This document shows positions 36,848-45,906 of a stretch of 64,000 nucleotides of DNA, in pieces; the first letter of the stretch is position 1; every line of letters starts with the position of its first letter. Source of the DNA: Bryobacterales bacterium (GTDB taxonomy: Bacteria > Acidobacteriota > Terriglobia > Bryobacterales > UBA6623). The DNA lies in assembly GCA_965214915.1 (NCBI GenBank), contig CBDCCP010000001.1, forward strand, positions 2,130,898 through 2,194,897, in the 5' to 3' direction. Both the position numbers and the translations under genes were made by a program. The notes under the pieces are model-generated. The model ran no database searches, was not told where the DNA came from, and saw only the letters and a list, made by a program, of their open reading frames with translations.

Positions 36848-38062
36848 TCACGGCCGGCGAACGGTTCGGAAAAACTTGCGCACGTCGGCGACGAAAAGCT
36901 GCGGCTCTTCCATGGCGGCGAAATGTCCGCCGCGCGGCATGTCGGTCCATTGGCGGACGTTGTAGCGCGTCTCGACCCACTTGCGCGGCGAGAAGAAGAT
37001 CTCGCCGGGAAAGACGGCGACCGCGGTCGGCGTCTCGACTCGCGGGCGCTCGGGCCGGTTGCGGCGCGACTCGTAATAGAGGCGCACCGCGGAAGGCATC
37101 GTTTCGGTAACCCAGTAGATCATCACATTGGTGAGGAGTTGATCCTTGGTAAACCGCGACTCCACGTCGCCGCCGCAATCGCTCCAGGCGCGGAATTTCT
37201 CAACGATCCATGCCGCCAGCCCTGCCGGAGAATCGTTGAGGCCGTAGGCCAGCGTCAGCGGTTTGGTCCCTTGAATGTTGCCGTAGGCGTTTTCGCCCGA
37301 CCACCACGCGGCCCGCTCGCGCCAACGCTCGAGCTCCCATTGCGGAATGCCCTGCTCGGGGTCTTTCATGCCGGCCGGAGGCCCGCCGCCGACCATGTTG
37401 AGGTGAATGCCCGCAACATGCTCCTTGTCGCGAGCGCCCAACCAGGTTGAAACACTCGCGCCCCAATCGCCGCCTTGCGCGCCGTAGCGCTCATAGCCGA
37501 GCCGCGCCATCAATTTGGCCATGACGCCCGCAACGCGGTCGACGCTGTAGCCGCGCTCCGCGGTCTTGCCGGAAAAGCCGTATCCGGGCATCGACGGCAA
37601 CACCAGGTCAAAAGCGTCCTGCGCGTCGCCTCCGTGCGCGGCGGGATCGGTCAACGGCCCGACGACTTGCATGAACTCGTACACCGACCCCGGCCAGCCG
37701 TGAGTGACGATCAGCGGCAACGCATCCGGTTCTTTCGACTTGACGTGTACGAAATGCATGGCAAGGCCGTCGATTTCGGTCTTGAAATGCGGCAACTCAT
37801 TGAGCTCGGCCTCGTGCTTGCGCCAGTCGTAGCTTGTCCGCCAGTACTCGACCAACTCGCGCATGTAGGCCGTATCGGCGCCGTAGTCCCAAGCGGAATC
37901 TGGAATCTGATCGGGGAAACGGGCGCGGCTCAAACGATTGCGCAGGTCCGCGAGCGCTTCATCGGAGACCCGGATCGTGAACGGGCGAATCGCTGCGTCT
38001 TGAGCGGCCAGAGACATGGCGAGCAGCAAATATACAGGCAGCGTTCGAACCATGGCATCCAT
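36848..38062 (-). CDS. epoxide hydrolase (EHN N-terminal domain + alpha/beta hydrolase)
   Basis: IRPFTIRVSDEALADLRNRL...FPDQ, THGWPGSVYEF and GGDWG nucleophile region, with a signal peptide. Confidence 0.8.
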   Translation of the reverse strand: MDAMVRTLPVYLLLAMSLAAQDAAIRPFTIRVSDEALADLRNRLSRARFPDQIPDSAWDYGADTAYMRELVEYWRTSYDWRKHEAELNELPHFKTEIDGLAMHFVHVKSKEPDALPLIVTHGWPGSVYEFMQVVGPLTDPAAHGGDAQDAFDLVLPSMPGYGFSGKTAERGYSVDRVAGVMAKLMARLGYERYGAQGGDWGASVSTWLGARDKEHVAGIHLNMVGGGPPAGMKDPEQGIPQWELERWRERAAWWSGENAYGNIQGTKPLTLAYGLNDSPAGLAAWIVEKFRAWSDCGGDVESRFTKDQLLTNVMIYWVTETMPSAVRLYYESRRNRPERPRVETPTAVAVFPGEIFFSPRKWVETRYNVRQWTDMPRGGHFAAMEEPQLFVADVRKFFRTVRRP

Positions 38063-38077
38063 TGAACCATGTGGGAG

Positions 38078-38782
38078 CTACCACTCGAAAACTTCGCCGG
38101 GCTCGAGCGCCGCGACTTCGACGGCCGAGCCGCCGCCGAGCGCCTCGCGGAGCTTGGCGGGCGTCCCGGTCAGCACGGGGAACGTGCCGTAGTGCATCGG
38201 AATCACCGTCTTCGGCTGAAGAAACTCGCAGGCCAGGGCGGCTTCCTTCGGCCCCATCGTAAAAAGATCGCCGATCGGCAGGAACGCCAGCTCGGGGTCG
38301 TACAGCCGCTTGATCAACTGCATGTCGCTGAATACGTTGGTGTCGCCGGCGTGATAGAAAGCCCGTCCGTCCGGCTGCTTGACGACGAAGCCGGCCGGCT
38401 CGCCCGCATAGACGATGCGGCCGTCTTCGAAGATCGAGCTGCTGTGCTGCGCTTGCGTCATCGAGACCCGTACGCCCAGAGTGTGGTGGCAGCCGCCCTT
38501 GTTCATGCCTGTCACGTTCGCCGCGCCTTTCGCTTCGAGCCATTGATAAATCTCGTAGTTGGCCACGATCTCGGGCTTGAATTTTTCAGCGACGGCCAGC
38601 ACGTTGCCGATGTGGTCTGCGTGCCCGTGGGTGATGAGCATCAAATCGACGCGGTCGAGCGCGTAGCCCTCGGGGTACGACGGGTTGCCGTCGAACCAAG
38701 GGTCGATCAAGACCGCGGGGCCGCCCGCAATCTCGAGATGAAAGCTGGAATGTCCGAGCCAGGTAATTTTCGTCGCCGCCAT
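38078..38782 (-). CDS. UPF0173-type metallo-beta-lactamase-fold hydrolase
   Basis: MAATKITWLGHSSF, LIDPWFDGNP and LITHGHADH. Trimmed from ORF-track start 38806. Confidence 0.8.
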   Translation of the reverse strand: MAATKITWLGHSSFHLEIAGGPAVLIDPWFDGNPSYPEGYALDRVDLMLITHGHADHIGNVLAVAEKFKPEIVANYEIYQWLEAKGAANVTGMNKGGCHHTLGVRVSMTQAQHSSSIFEDGRIVYAGEPAGFVVKQPDGRAFYHAGDTNVFSDMQLIKRLYDPELAFLPIGDLFTMGPKEAALACEFLQPKTVIPMHYGTFPVLTGTPAKLREALGGGSAVEVAALEPGEVFEW

Positions 38783-38819
38783 GGGATTTGAGACCTCTCC
38801 AGGCAACGATTTTAGCGGG

Positions 38820-39350
38820 TTACGCAGAGCCGGTCCGACGGCGGCGTCCAGAGTATGGAAAGCCGGTTGCGGACTTCCGCTCGAAAGCAGGCTTCTTGGA
38901 CTGAGGCAGCAGACTCAAGGGCAGCAGCGACTCGACCGCCTGCACAAGCTCGTGCTGCTCGCGCGGGCCTTTGGCCAGGACGATGTCCGCGCCCGTCGAT
39001 TCGGGAGTCAGCGCCAATACAACCGCATACCCCGACAGGATGATGACCGGCAGATTCGGGTCCGCCGCCTTCACCAAGCGAGCGACATCCTCTCCTTGAA
39101 TGCCCGGCATGCGGTAATCGGTCACTACCAGATCGAACGGTTCGCCGGCGAAGGTCGATTCGAAGCAGCGCACGCCTTCCTCGCCGCTCTGCGCGGTCGT
39201 GACCGCGTAGCCCCTGTCGGCAAGCAGGCTCTTGCGCGCCGCCAGCCCGTGAGGGTTGTCGTCGATCAGCAGAAGTCGGCAAGCGTTTTGTTTTTCTGCG
39301 GCGGCCAAAGCACTCGCCAAGGTATCAACCGCGTCATAAAGCGTCAACAA
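38820..39350 (-). CDS. stand-alone response-regulator receiver domain
   Basis: RLLLIDDNP...DLVVTDYRMPG...PVIILSGY. Only TTG starts are available, so the start is uncertain. Confidence 0.75.
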   Translation of the reverse strand: MLTLYDAVDTLASALAAAEKQNACRLLLIDDNPHGLAARKSLLADRGYAVTTAQSGEEGVRCFESTFAGEPFDLVVTDYRMPGIQGEDVARLVKAADPNLPVIILSGYAVVLALTPESTGADIVLAKGPREQHELVQAVESLLPLSLLPQSKKPAFERKSATGFPYSGRRRRTGSA

Positions 39351-39483
39351 GTTTGTAACTGTATTGAAACAAAGAAAATCGAGTGCTTGACAAATCCGCC
39401 GATATGTGCCTCGCCAAGCCGCTTGCGCGTCCGGCGAACAGCGGACAGCGAATAACGGCCGGCAAGACCGCCGCCGCGGGCCG

Positions 39484-40650
39484 CTACTCCACTTCCCGCG
39501 GGGCGGTATAGCCCTTGCGCGCGACGATCCTGTACTTGACCCGCTTGTTCTTCTGGTTCGTGATGCGCAACTCCTTGTTCGTCTTCGGGTCGATGAGTCG
39601 GACTTCGATCTTGCGGAACGTGCCGTCGCGCTTGGTGTTCGACGGCTGATAGGTCGCGGTGTACTGATTGCGCATGAGGTAGTTCAGGCTCTGAAAGATC
39701 GTCCCGAATTGGCCGTAGAAGCGCGGGAAGAAGGCGAATCCGCCCGTCTCGTTGGCGAATGTGCGCAGTTGGTTGTCGGCCTGCAGCCAGCCGATGCGGG
39801 TCGCGCCGCCGACGTAGCCGTAAGCGTCCAGCAACTCCTTGAGCATTTGCCCCAGGCCGATGGCGTGAACGGTGACGCCCGCCTCCTGCACGATCTTGCG
39901 CGCTTGGCCGTAATTCAGCTTGCTGAAGGTATCCTCGCCGCTCGAGAGCAGCACGACGGCCTTGCGGCCCTCGATTCCCTGCATGCGCTGCACTGTGTCG
40001 GTGAGCGCGTCGAAAAGATTCGATTCAGAGTAGGCGGCGATGCGCATGCGTTGCAGCGCCTCGTAGATTTCGCGCCGGTTCTGCGTAAAATCGGCCAGAA
40101 TTTCGGGCCGCAGATCGTAGGCAATCACGGCGACCCAATCTTCGGGCCGGAGCGTCTCGACGAAACCGTATGTCGCCGTCAGCGTCTGGTACCACGTCTC
40201 TGACCAGTACTGCTGCCAACGGTTGCTGAATTCGACCAGCAGAGCGACCGTCGCCGGCGCCTCGGTCTGGCCGACGCCGACGATCTTTTGCGGCACGCCG
40301 TCTTCGAGTATCTGGAAATTGCCGGCCGGCAGGCCCGGAATGAATTGGCCCTTGCTGTCGACAACGGCAATGTCGACCGTAACGACATTCGTATCGGCAG
40401 AAAATATCGGCTGGTCTTCAGGAACCCGGTTTGGAGCGCGGGTCGGCACGCGGGGCAGGTCGATCGGCGAGTCCGGCACGCCGCCGGGGCCGGGAACGTT
40501 GCCCGGTCTTCGAGTCGAGTCGGGAAGCGGCCGCGGCGGCCGCGAGCCGACAGGACCGGAAACTTGCGCGGCAAGAATGGCTGCCCCGACACAGGCCGCC
40601 GCTAAAAGCATCGCTCCAAGACGCCGCATTGTCGGTCCTCGTTCGCGCAT
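39484..40650 (-). CDS. VWA-domain protein of the VWFA-related Acidobacterial type
   Basis: N-terminal beta-sandwich block VVTVDIAVVDSKGQFIPGLPAGNFQILEDGVPQKIV, then a VWA fold (VALLVEFS...SSGEDTFS). GGGGGAGG ribosome-binding site. Confidence 0.75.
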   Translation of the reverse strand: MRERGPTMRRLGAMLLAAACVGAAILAAQVSGPVGSRPPRPLPDSTRRPGNVPGPGGVPDSPIDLPRVPTRAPNRVPEDQPIFSADTNVVTVDIAVVDSKGQFIPGLPAGNFQILEDGVPQKIVGVGQTEAPATVALLVEFSNRWQQYWSETWYQTLTATYGFVETLRPEDWVAVIAYDLRPEILADFTQNRREIYEALQRMRIAAYSESNLFDALTDTVQRMQGIEGRKAVVLLSSGEDTFSKLNYGQARKIVQEAGVTVHAIGLGQMLKELLDAYGYVGGATRIGWLQADNQLRTFANETGGFAFFPRFYGQFGTIFQSLNYLMRNQYTATYQPSNTKRDGTFRKIEVRLIDPKTNKELRITNQKNKRVKYRIVARKGYTAPREVE

Positions 40651-40775
40651 TTTCGTTGCCTCCCCCGGAAGCGGACTCCTATGGCGATAGACTCCGCCTC
40701 CGCCTGAAAAGTTTCCCTTATGGTAACCCCGACTCCCGCACGGTCGAGGGGTCTTGACAATTTCCGCGGCGCGGC

Positions 40776-41312
40776 TTACGGCGTTACCGCGTCAAGAGCG
40801 TCGGTCATGTCCGGGATTCCAAGATCGCCGTCGAGATCGGAAGAAGCAATGCGGTGGAGCGGCCGGCCTTGGCTGTCGAACACCAACAGGGCCGGCAAGC
40901 CGGCGGCGCCGATCTCCTCCAGGGCGGCGCTCAGCGGCCGCTTCCAGGCGTAATGCGCGACATGCGCCGCCTCCGTCAGGTCAAGCGCCGCGAGGTCGTC
41001 GCCGGCTTCCACGATGCAAACCGCAGCCATCGCCGCGGTCTTGCCGCGCTGCTCGGCGAGACGGTCGAACGCGGGCATGAGCTCCACACATTCCTCGCAC
41101 CACGGCGCCCAGAACAGCAACGCCGTAGGACGCTCCGTTGACACCAGCGCAGCGGGCGTCCAGTCCGCCTGAGTTTCCACAAAGCCCGGGCGCTGGGGGT
41201 CGGACGAACAGCCGAGCGCAACAATCAGGATCGGAATCCAGGCGGCCGGCGGCGAGTGGAGAGCGGCGAGTGAAGAGCAAGCCCGCCGCGCCTTCCACGG
41301 GACTTTCACCAC
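40776..41312 (-). CDS. thioredoxin-like (TlpA/redoxin-type) lipoprotein
   Basis: LLFWAPWCEECVELMP CxxC motif and lipobox IVALGCSS. Only GTG starts (41312/41309) are available, and they lie inside repeat copy B. Confidence 0.65.
   Translation of the reverse strand: MVKVPWKARRACSSLAALHSPPAAWIPILIVALGCSSDPQRPGFVETQADWTPAALVSTERPTALLFWAPWCEECVELMPAFDRLAEQRGKTAAMAAVCIVEAGDDLAALDLTEAAHVAHYAWKRPLSAALEEIGAAGLPALLVFDSQGRPLHRIASSDLDGDLGIPDMTDALDAVTP
41246..41310 (-). repeat. dispersed ~65-nt repeat, copy B
   Basis: The reverse complement of 41276-41310 is GGTGAAAGTCCCGTGGAAGGCGCGGCGGGCTTGCT. Begins 9 nt after the stop of the upstream (minus-strand) gene. Confidence 0.8.
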
Positions 41313-41318
41313 GGGCCG

Positions 41319-41696
41319 CTAACTTACCGACTTGAGCTTGAAATTGTAAATCAATTCGGTGCGCTCGTCGAAGGTCGAGATCGTCCGCGTCTTCGATTCT
41401 TTTCCCGCGGCGATCGCTTTCAACTCGTAGTCGACATTCAAGTCGAGGCCGTGGAAGTAGAAGTCCCCGTTGTCGTTGGTATGGAACGACTTGACGGCCA
41501 GCGTTTTCACGTTCTTCAGTTGGACGACCGCGCGCAGACCGTCTTCGGCTTCGTCCATCACTTGGCCTTTGACCGACCGGGTGGGTTTTTCCTTGGGCTT
41601 TTTCTTGCCGAAGCCCGGAAACTGAGAGTAAGCGCGCGACGCCGTCAGACCGAAGGCCGGCAACAGCGCCAACAGGCGGCGGCGGGACAGGATCAT
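41319..41696 (-). CDS. small secreted carboxypeptidase-regulatory-like (beta-sandwich) protein
   Basis: ATG 41696 behind an AGGAGG box, Tat-like RRRLLALLPAFGL signal, and VKGQVMDE...NGDFYFHGL pattern. Confidence 0.5.
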   Translation of the reverse strand: MILSRRRLLALLPAFGLTASRAYSQFPGFGKKKPKEKPTRSVKGQVMDEAEDGLRAVVQLKNVKTLAVKSFHTNDNGDFYFHGLDLNVDYELKAIAAGKESKTRTISTFDERTELIYNFKLKSVS

Positions 41697-41734
41697 GGCT
41701 CCTCCTATCTTAATTCTCTTATTCGACGGCGCGG

Positions 41735-42091
41735 TCATTTTTTGGGTTTCAAGATGAGGTTGGCGGTTGCCTGCTCCATGTCGTAAATTTTGACCGTGCG
41801 CCGCCCTTTTTCGAATTTCCGCGCCGAAGCGCCGACTACATACGTCGCCTCGCCGGCGGGCACGCGGATGCGGTATTCGCCGCGGTAGTTGGTCGCCCCC
41901 CTGTATTTTTTCTTCGGGGAAGCCTCGTTGTAAGCCAGGATATTCGCGCCGGGCAGCGCAAGGCCCGACTCCTGGAATACCGTTCCGAAGATAACGGCGC
42001 CGGGCTGCCGGTTCTTCTTGTCCCGGGCGCAGACCGGCAACGCGGCAAGCAGCAGCAGCGACCGGCGCGGAAGTTTTCCTGAATAGCGCAT
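41735..42091 (-). CDS. small secreted carboxypeptidase-regulatory-like (beta-sandwich) protein, tandem paralogue
   Basis: ATG 42091 (MRYSGKLPRRSLLLLAALPVCA), IFGTVFQESGLALPGANI...GEYRIRVPAGEATYVV. The longer ORF-track form was rejected. Confidence 0.5.
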   Translation of the reverse strand: MRYSGKLPRRSLLLLAALPVCARDKKNRQPGAVIFGTVFQESGLALPGANILAYNEASPKKKYRGATNYRGEYRIRVPAGEATYVVGASARKFEKGRRTVKIYDMEQATANLILKPKK

Positions 42092-42104
42092 GGAATTTCG
42101 TTTT

Positions 42105-42668
42105 TCACCTCGGGTCGGCGTCCGGTTGCGAGCGGCCGCCGGTCCAAACCTCGCGAACGCGGTCGAACCCGTTTGCAAACGCATCTTGAAAATCCTGCGG
42201 GGCCGCGGCAGCCGCAGCGCGGGCCGCGTGCAGCACCCAGGGCGCCAGCTTCGACTCTGCAACCGTCCGCGCGGCGCCGGGGAACGGCTGGAAGGCGATG
42301 ACGGCGAGCAAAACCGCCGCCGCGATGAGCAGGCCCCGAACCAATCCGAACGCGGCCCCGAGCAGCCTGTCGAACCAGCGCAGCCCGACGATGCCCCAAA
42401 CCTTGACGAGGCTCCAGGCAAAGACGGCGCCGGCAATCAGGCAGCCTGTGAAAATCAATAAAAACGCCGCGCAGGCGGCCAATCGCGGCTCGTCGATGTA
42501 GGGCTGCAACTCCAGGGCGACACGGTCGTACCACCACATCGCCAAGAAGATTCCCATGATCAGCGCGGCGATCCTGAGAACTTCGCGGGTAACGCCGTTG
42601 AGCGCCGCGCCGAACACCGAGAGGAGCAGTATCCCGCCGATTGCGGCATCGATCCAATTGACATCCAT
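42105..42668 (-). CDS. cvpA: CvpA family membrane protein
   Basis: MDVNWIDAAIGGILLLSVFGAALNGVTREV start, typical of CvpA, with four TM helices. Confidence 0.75.
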   Translation of the reverse strand: MDVNWIDAAIGGILLLSVFGAALNGVTREVLRIAALIMGIFLAMWWYDRVALELQPYIDEPRLAACAAFLLIFTGCLIAGAVFAWSLVKVWGIVGLRWFDRLLGAAFGLVRGLLIAAAVLLAVIAFQPFPGAARTVAESKLAPWVLHAARAAAAAAPQDFQDAFANGFDRVREVWTGGRSQPDADPR

Positions 42669-42700
42669 GTTCAAAAGTTCTCGACCTCCGCGAAACGGGA

Positions 42701-43399
42701 TTATGGGAAGTCCGAACCGATGGGACCGGCCCGCGGCTGCGAATATAGCGTAAAAGGCTGCGTCGCCCCGATGCCGCCGGCAGCCGGCGCGCGGAACCCC
42801 AGACACTCATGAACGACGGCGGGCGGGATATTGCGCCAAATGATATTCGAGTTAACAATTTGGAAATAGCGGTCGAGCACGGAACGCACGTTGAAGTTCA
42901 CCGGCCGGGCGTCCTCCCAGCGGACGCTCGAAAGATACTGATACTGCGTCATCGTGCTGCTTTCATCGAGAAACGGCGCGAGCCCGCAAAAAACCGAATC
43001 GATCAGCGGCTGATCCATCAGCGTGATGCCCAGTGACGACACCACGCCGTCTACGCGCTCGATGCCGCGTCTGCTCAATTCGCCGGCGGCGGTTTCGGCG
43101 CTCCCTTCCACGATCTGCAAGCGGTCGTCGTCGATGGCGCCGCGCAGATAACGGACAAAATCCGGATTGATCTCGAAGGCCAGCAGCAGGACGTCCTGCG
43201 GCAGGAAGCTCAGCAACTCCCGCGTCATCGCGCCTGTCCCCGGCCCGAGCTCGATCACTACTTCGGCGCTTTTCCAGCGCAGCGGCTCGACCATCGCGCG
43301 CGCGAGATAGCGGGAGCTGGGAACGATTGCGGCCGTCGATTGGAAGTTCGTCAGAACGTGGCGGGCAAAAGTAGCAAGGCTCATGAAGGCGATCGCCAA
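42701..43399 (-). CDS. class I SAM-dependent methyltransferase (phospholipid N-methyltransferase/PmtA-like)
   Basis: AIVPSSRYLARAMV...VVIELGPGTGAMTRELL. Confidence 0.7.
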   Translation of the reverse strand: MAIAFMSLATFARHVLTNFQSTAAIVPSSRYLARAMVEPLRWKSAEVVIELGPGTGAMTRELLSFLPQDVLLLAFEINPDFVRYLRGAIDDDRLQIVEGSAETAAGELSRRGIERVDGVVSSLGITLMDQPLIDSVFCGLAPFLDESSTMTQYQYLSSVRWEDARPVNFNVRSVLDRYFQIVNSNIIWRNIPPAVVHECLGFRAPAAGGIGATQPFTLYSQPRAGPIGSDFP

Positions 43400-43450
43400 G
43401 GCCGCTCATTGCGCCGTCCCTTGGGCCGGTTCATGATAACACAAGGACTT

Positions 43451-44611
43451 ATGAGCAACGCGCAGGGTATGTCCACGCAACGGATCTTCGAGTACATGCG
43501 CTCCCGCAGGCGCGAGATCGTCGACTGCATCCGCGCGCTGGTGAAAATCGAATCGCCCACCGCAGACAAAGCCGCGGTCGACCGCGCGGTCGACTACGTG
43601 GCCGAGGCCGCCGGCGGCATTGCCGACGTTACCCGTTACCCGCAAGCGGAGCACGGGGACCATTTGCGCATCGCGTTCGACATCCCCACAAGAGGCGAGG
43701 GCCAGGTCCTGGGACTCGGGCACCTCGATACGGTTTGGGAAATCGGCACGCTCGAATGCATGCCGTGGCGCGAGGAGAATGGACGCCTGTGGGGCCCCGG
43801 CGTATTCGATATGAAGGCCGGCGTCGCGTACTTTGTTTTCGCGGCAAAAGCCCTGCGCGATCTCGGCGTCAGAGCCAAGCGGCGGTTCGTGGTTCAACTC
43901 AACTCGGATGAAGAGATCGGCAGTCCCGCCTCGAAGCCCTTTACCGAAGCCGAAGCCCGGCGCAGCGCTGCCGTGCTCGTCGCCGAGCCCAGCGCCGGAC
44001 TCGACGGCAAGCTGAAAACCTCCCGCAAAGGAGGCGGCGTCTTCTGTATCCATGTGCGCGGCCGCGCTGCGCACGCGGGCCTCGACTTCGCGGCCGGGGC
44101 GAGCGCCGTGGTCGAGGCGGCCCGGCAGATCGAGCGCATTGCGTCATGGACCGATCTCGCGGAAGGCGTCACCGTGAATCCCGGGGTGGTCCAAGGAGGA
44201 ACGGCGTCGAACGTCGTTGCGGAAGAAGCGTGGGTCCAGGTGGATGTCCGCGCCCCGCGGCAAGCCCAGGCGCTCGATCTCGAACGGCGGTTCGTTTCGT
44301 TGGCGCCTTGCGACGAGCGCTGTGCTCTGCACGTTTCAGGCGGCTTGAAGCGCCCGCCTCTCGAACGCACCGCGGATGTCGTCCGCCTTTACGCAATCGC
44401 CAGGGAGATATCCAACGAAATGGGCATCGACCTGGGAGAGGCGTCGGTTGGCGGCGGGTCGGACGGCAATACGACGGCCGCGCTGGGGATTCCGACTCTC
44501 GACGGCCTGGGCGCCGTCGGCGAGGGCGCGCATGCCCTGCACGAGAGCATCCTCGTCGAGCGCATCGCCGACCGCGCAACGCTCATCGCCGCGCTGGCCG
44601 CTCGGCTTTAG
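43451..44611 (+). CDS. M20-family metallopeptidase (carboxypeptidase G2-like)
   Basis: LVKIESPT, LGHLDTV, DMKAG, NSDEEIGS and GGSDGN blocks. The start is one of ATG 43433, 43451 or 43469. Confidence 0.85.
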   Translation: MSNAQGMSTQRIFEYMRSRRREIVDCIRALVKIESPTADKAAVDRAVDYVAEAAGGIADVTRYPQAEHGDHLRIAFDIPTRGEGQVLGLGHLDTVWEIGTLECMPWREENGRLWGPGVFDMKAGVAYFVFAAKALRDLGVRAKRRFVVQLNSDEEIGSPASKPFTEAEARRSAAVLVAEPSAGLDGKLKTSRKGGGVFCIHVRGRAAHAGLDFAAGASAVVEAARQIERIASWTDLAEGVTVNPGVVQGGTASNVVAEEAWVQVDVRAPRQAQALDLERRFVSLAPCDERCALHVSGGLKRPPLERTADVVRLYAIAREISNEMGIDLGEASVGGGSDGNTTAALGIPTLDGLGAVGEGAHALHESILVERIADRATLIAALAARL

Positions 44612-44640
44612 CGCCCGCGGCAAAATCCGTGCAGCCGGCG

Positions 44641-45321
44641 TCAAGCAGAGTTGCCGCGTCCCCGCGCGAGCAGCCAGAGCTTGACCGCCACCGCCAGCAG
44701 CGCCGCCAGGAAACCGAGCAGAGTAATCGGCGGAAGCGACCCCGGCCAAGTCGAAAGATCGAACCAGCCCTTGTAGCCCATCGCGAAAGTGTGGCCGCAA
44801 GCCAGCGCGAGCGCCCAGTAGCCCATCCGCTGGGCGCGCAGCCAACGCTGCCCGCCCAGAGCTTCGTACATGTATGGCAGCGTCGTCACGGCGGGGAAAA
44901 ACAAGCAGCCGATCGCCAGCACTCCGAAGAGAAAAGTCAACTCCCCGGTCAGATTCATCTTGCCGGATTCGTGAAAAAACTTCTCGTAGTAGGCCGGTGA
45001 CAGCATCACGAAGCCCATGAAGATGTGCATCGAGATCAGCGCAAACCCCGTCAGCCCGAAAAATTTGGCCATCGCCCGCCGCCGCCGCGAATCGCCGGGG
45101 TAGGGATCGAACAGCTTGCCGACTAGATACGACAGCGCCAGAAACGTCACGCCGCTCAGAGCGAACGACTTGTTCACGATGTAAAGCGGCAGGTGGATCC
45201 ACTCGACGCCCTTGAAGACGTTGTAGCGAACGACCGCGTACAGGAGACAGCCGCTCCACAAGAAAAGAACCCAACGGACGCGCATGCCTACGGGAAGCCG
45301 CACGTCCGAACCGGGGTTCAT
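44641..45321 (-). CDS. polytopic membrane protein with paired His helices (ferric-reductase/MsrQ-like, tentative)
   Basis: Six helices with conserved-looking His in ISMHIFMGF and ACGHTFAMGY. Start is ATG 45321 or 45285. The 100-aa upstream extension in the ORF track looks non-coding. Confidence 0.5.
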   Translation of the reverse strand: MNPGSDVRLPVGMRVRWVLFLWSGCLLYAVVRYNVFKGVEWIHLPLYIVNKSFALSGVTFLALSYLVGKLFDPYPGDSRRRRAMAKFFGLTGFALISMHIFMGFVMLSPAYYEKFFHESGKMNLTGELTFLFGVLAIGCLFFPAVTTLPYMYEALGGQRWLRAQRMGYWALALACGHTFAMGYKGWFDLSTWPGSLPPITLLGFLAALLAVAVKLWLLARGRGNSA

Positions 45322-45906
45322 GCGGCGGCCGACCCCGGAGGTATGCATAGCGTTCGGCATCCCGTAGAGCGTACCGGAAACGAAAGGTCCGCGTCCAGCG
45401 GACTCGTTCAGACCCACTCTTCGATCACTTGCCCACAGGCGGTTTCCCGATGCCGAACAAGGCTTCGGCGACCTCGTCGATGACGTTCGGTTTTTTGAAG
45501 CTTCCCTTGGGAGCGACACGAAACGCGGGCCGTTCCTTCTTTTTTCCGGCCGATTTCCGGGAGAGCTTCCGAACCGGAGAAACGGCCCCAACTCAAACTT
45601 GTCTTTGTCGAACCAGATCCCCAATCACGCAGCCGCCAGGCTTTTCCTGCAGACGTTGGCCGCCCCACTAGACTCGGCGGCGCTTGCGCAGTTTCAATCC
45701 ACCTCGCCCGCACACTCCGGGGCTCGCAGCCGCTTCGGCCGTGCGCGGGGCTTGGGTTCGCTGGAAACCAGCGCCAAACTACTCCCGACGACGCGGCAAT
45801 ACTCCCGCGGCCGAGCCTTGGGCCGCGCGATTGGCGCCGGCGGTCTGTTGCCGGTTGACGTCGTCGAAGCGATTCCCGCAGCGGTTTCAACCTGCCCGGC
45901 AAGAGC

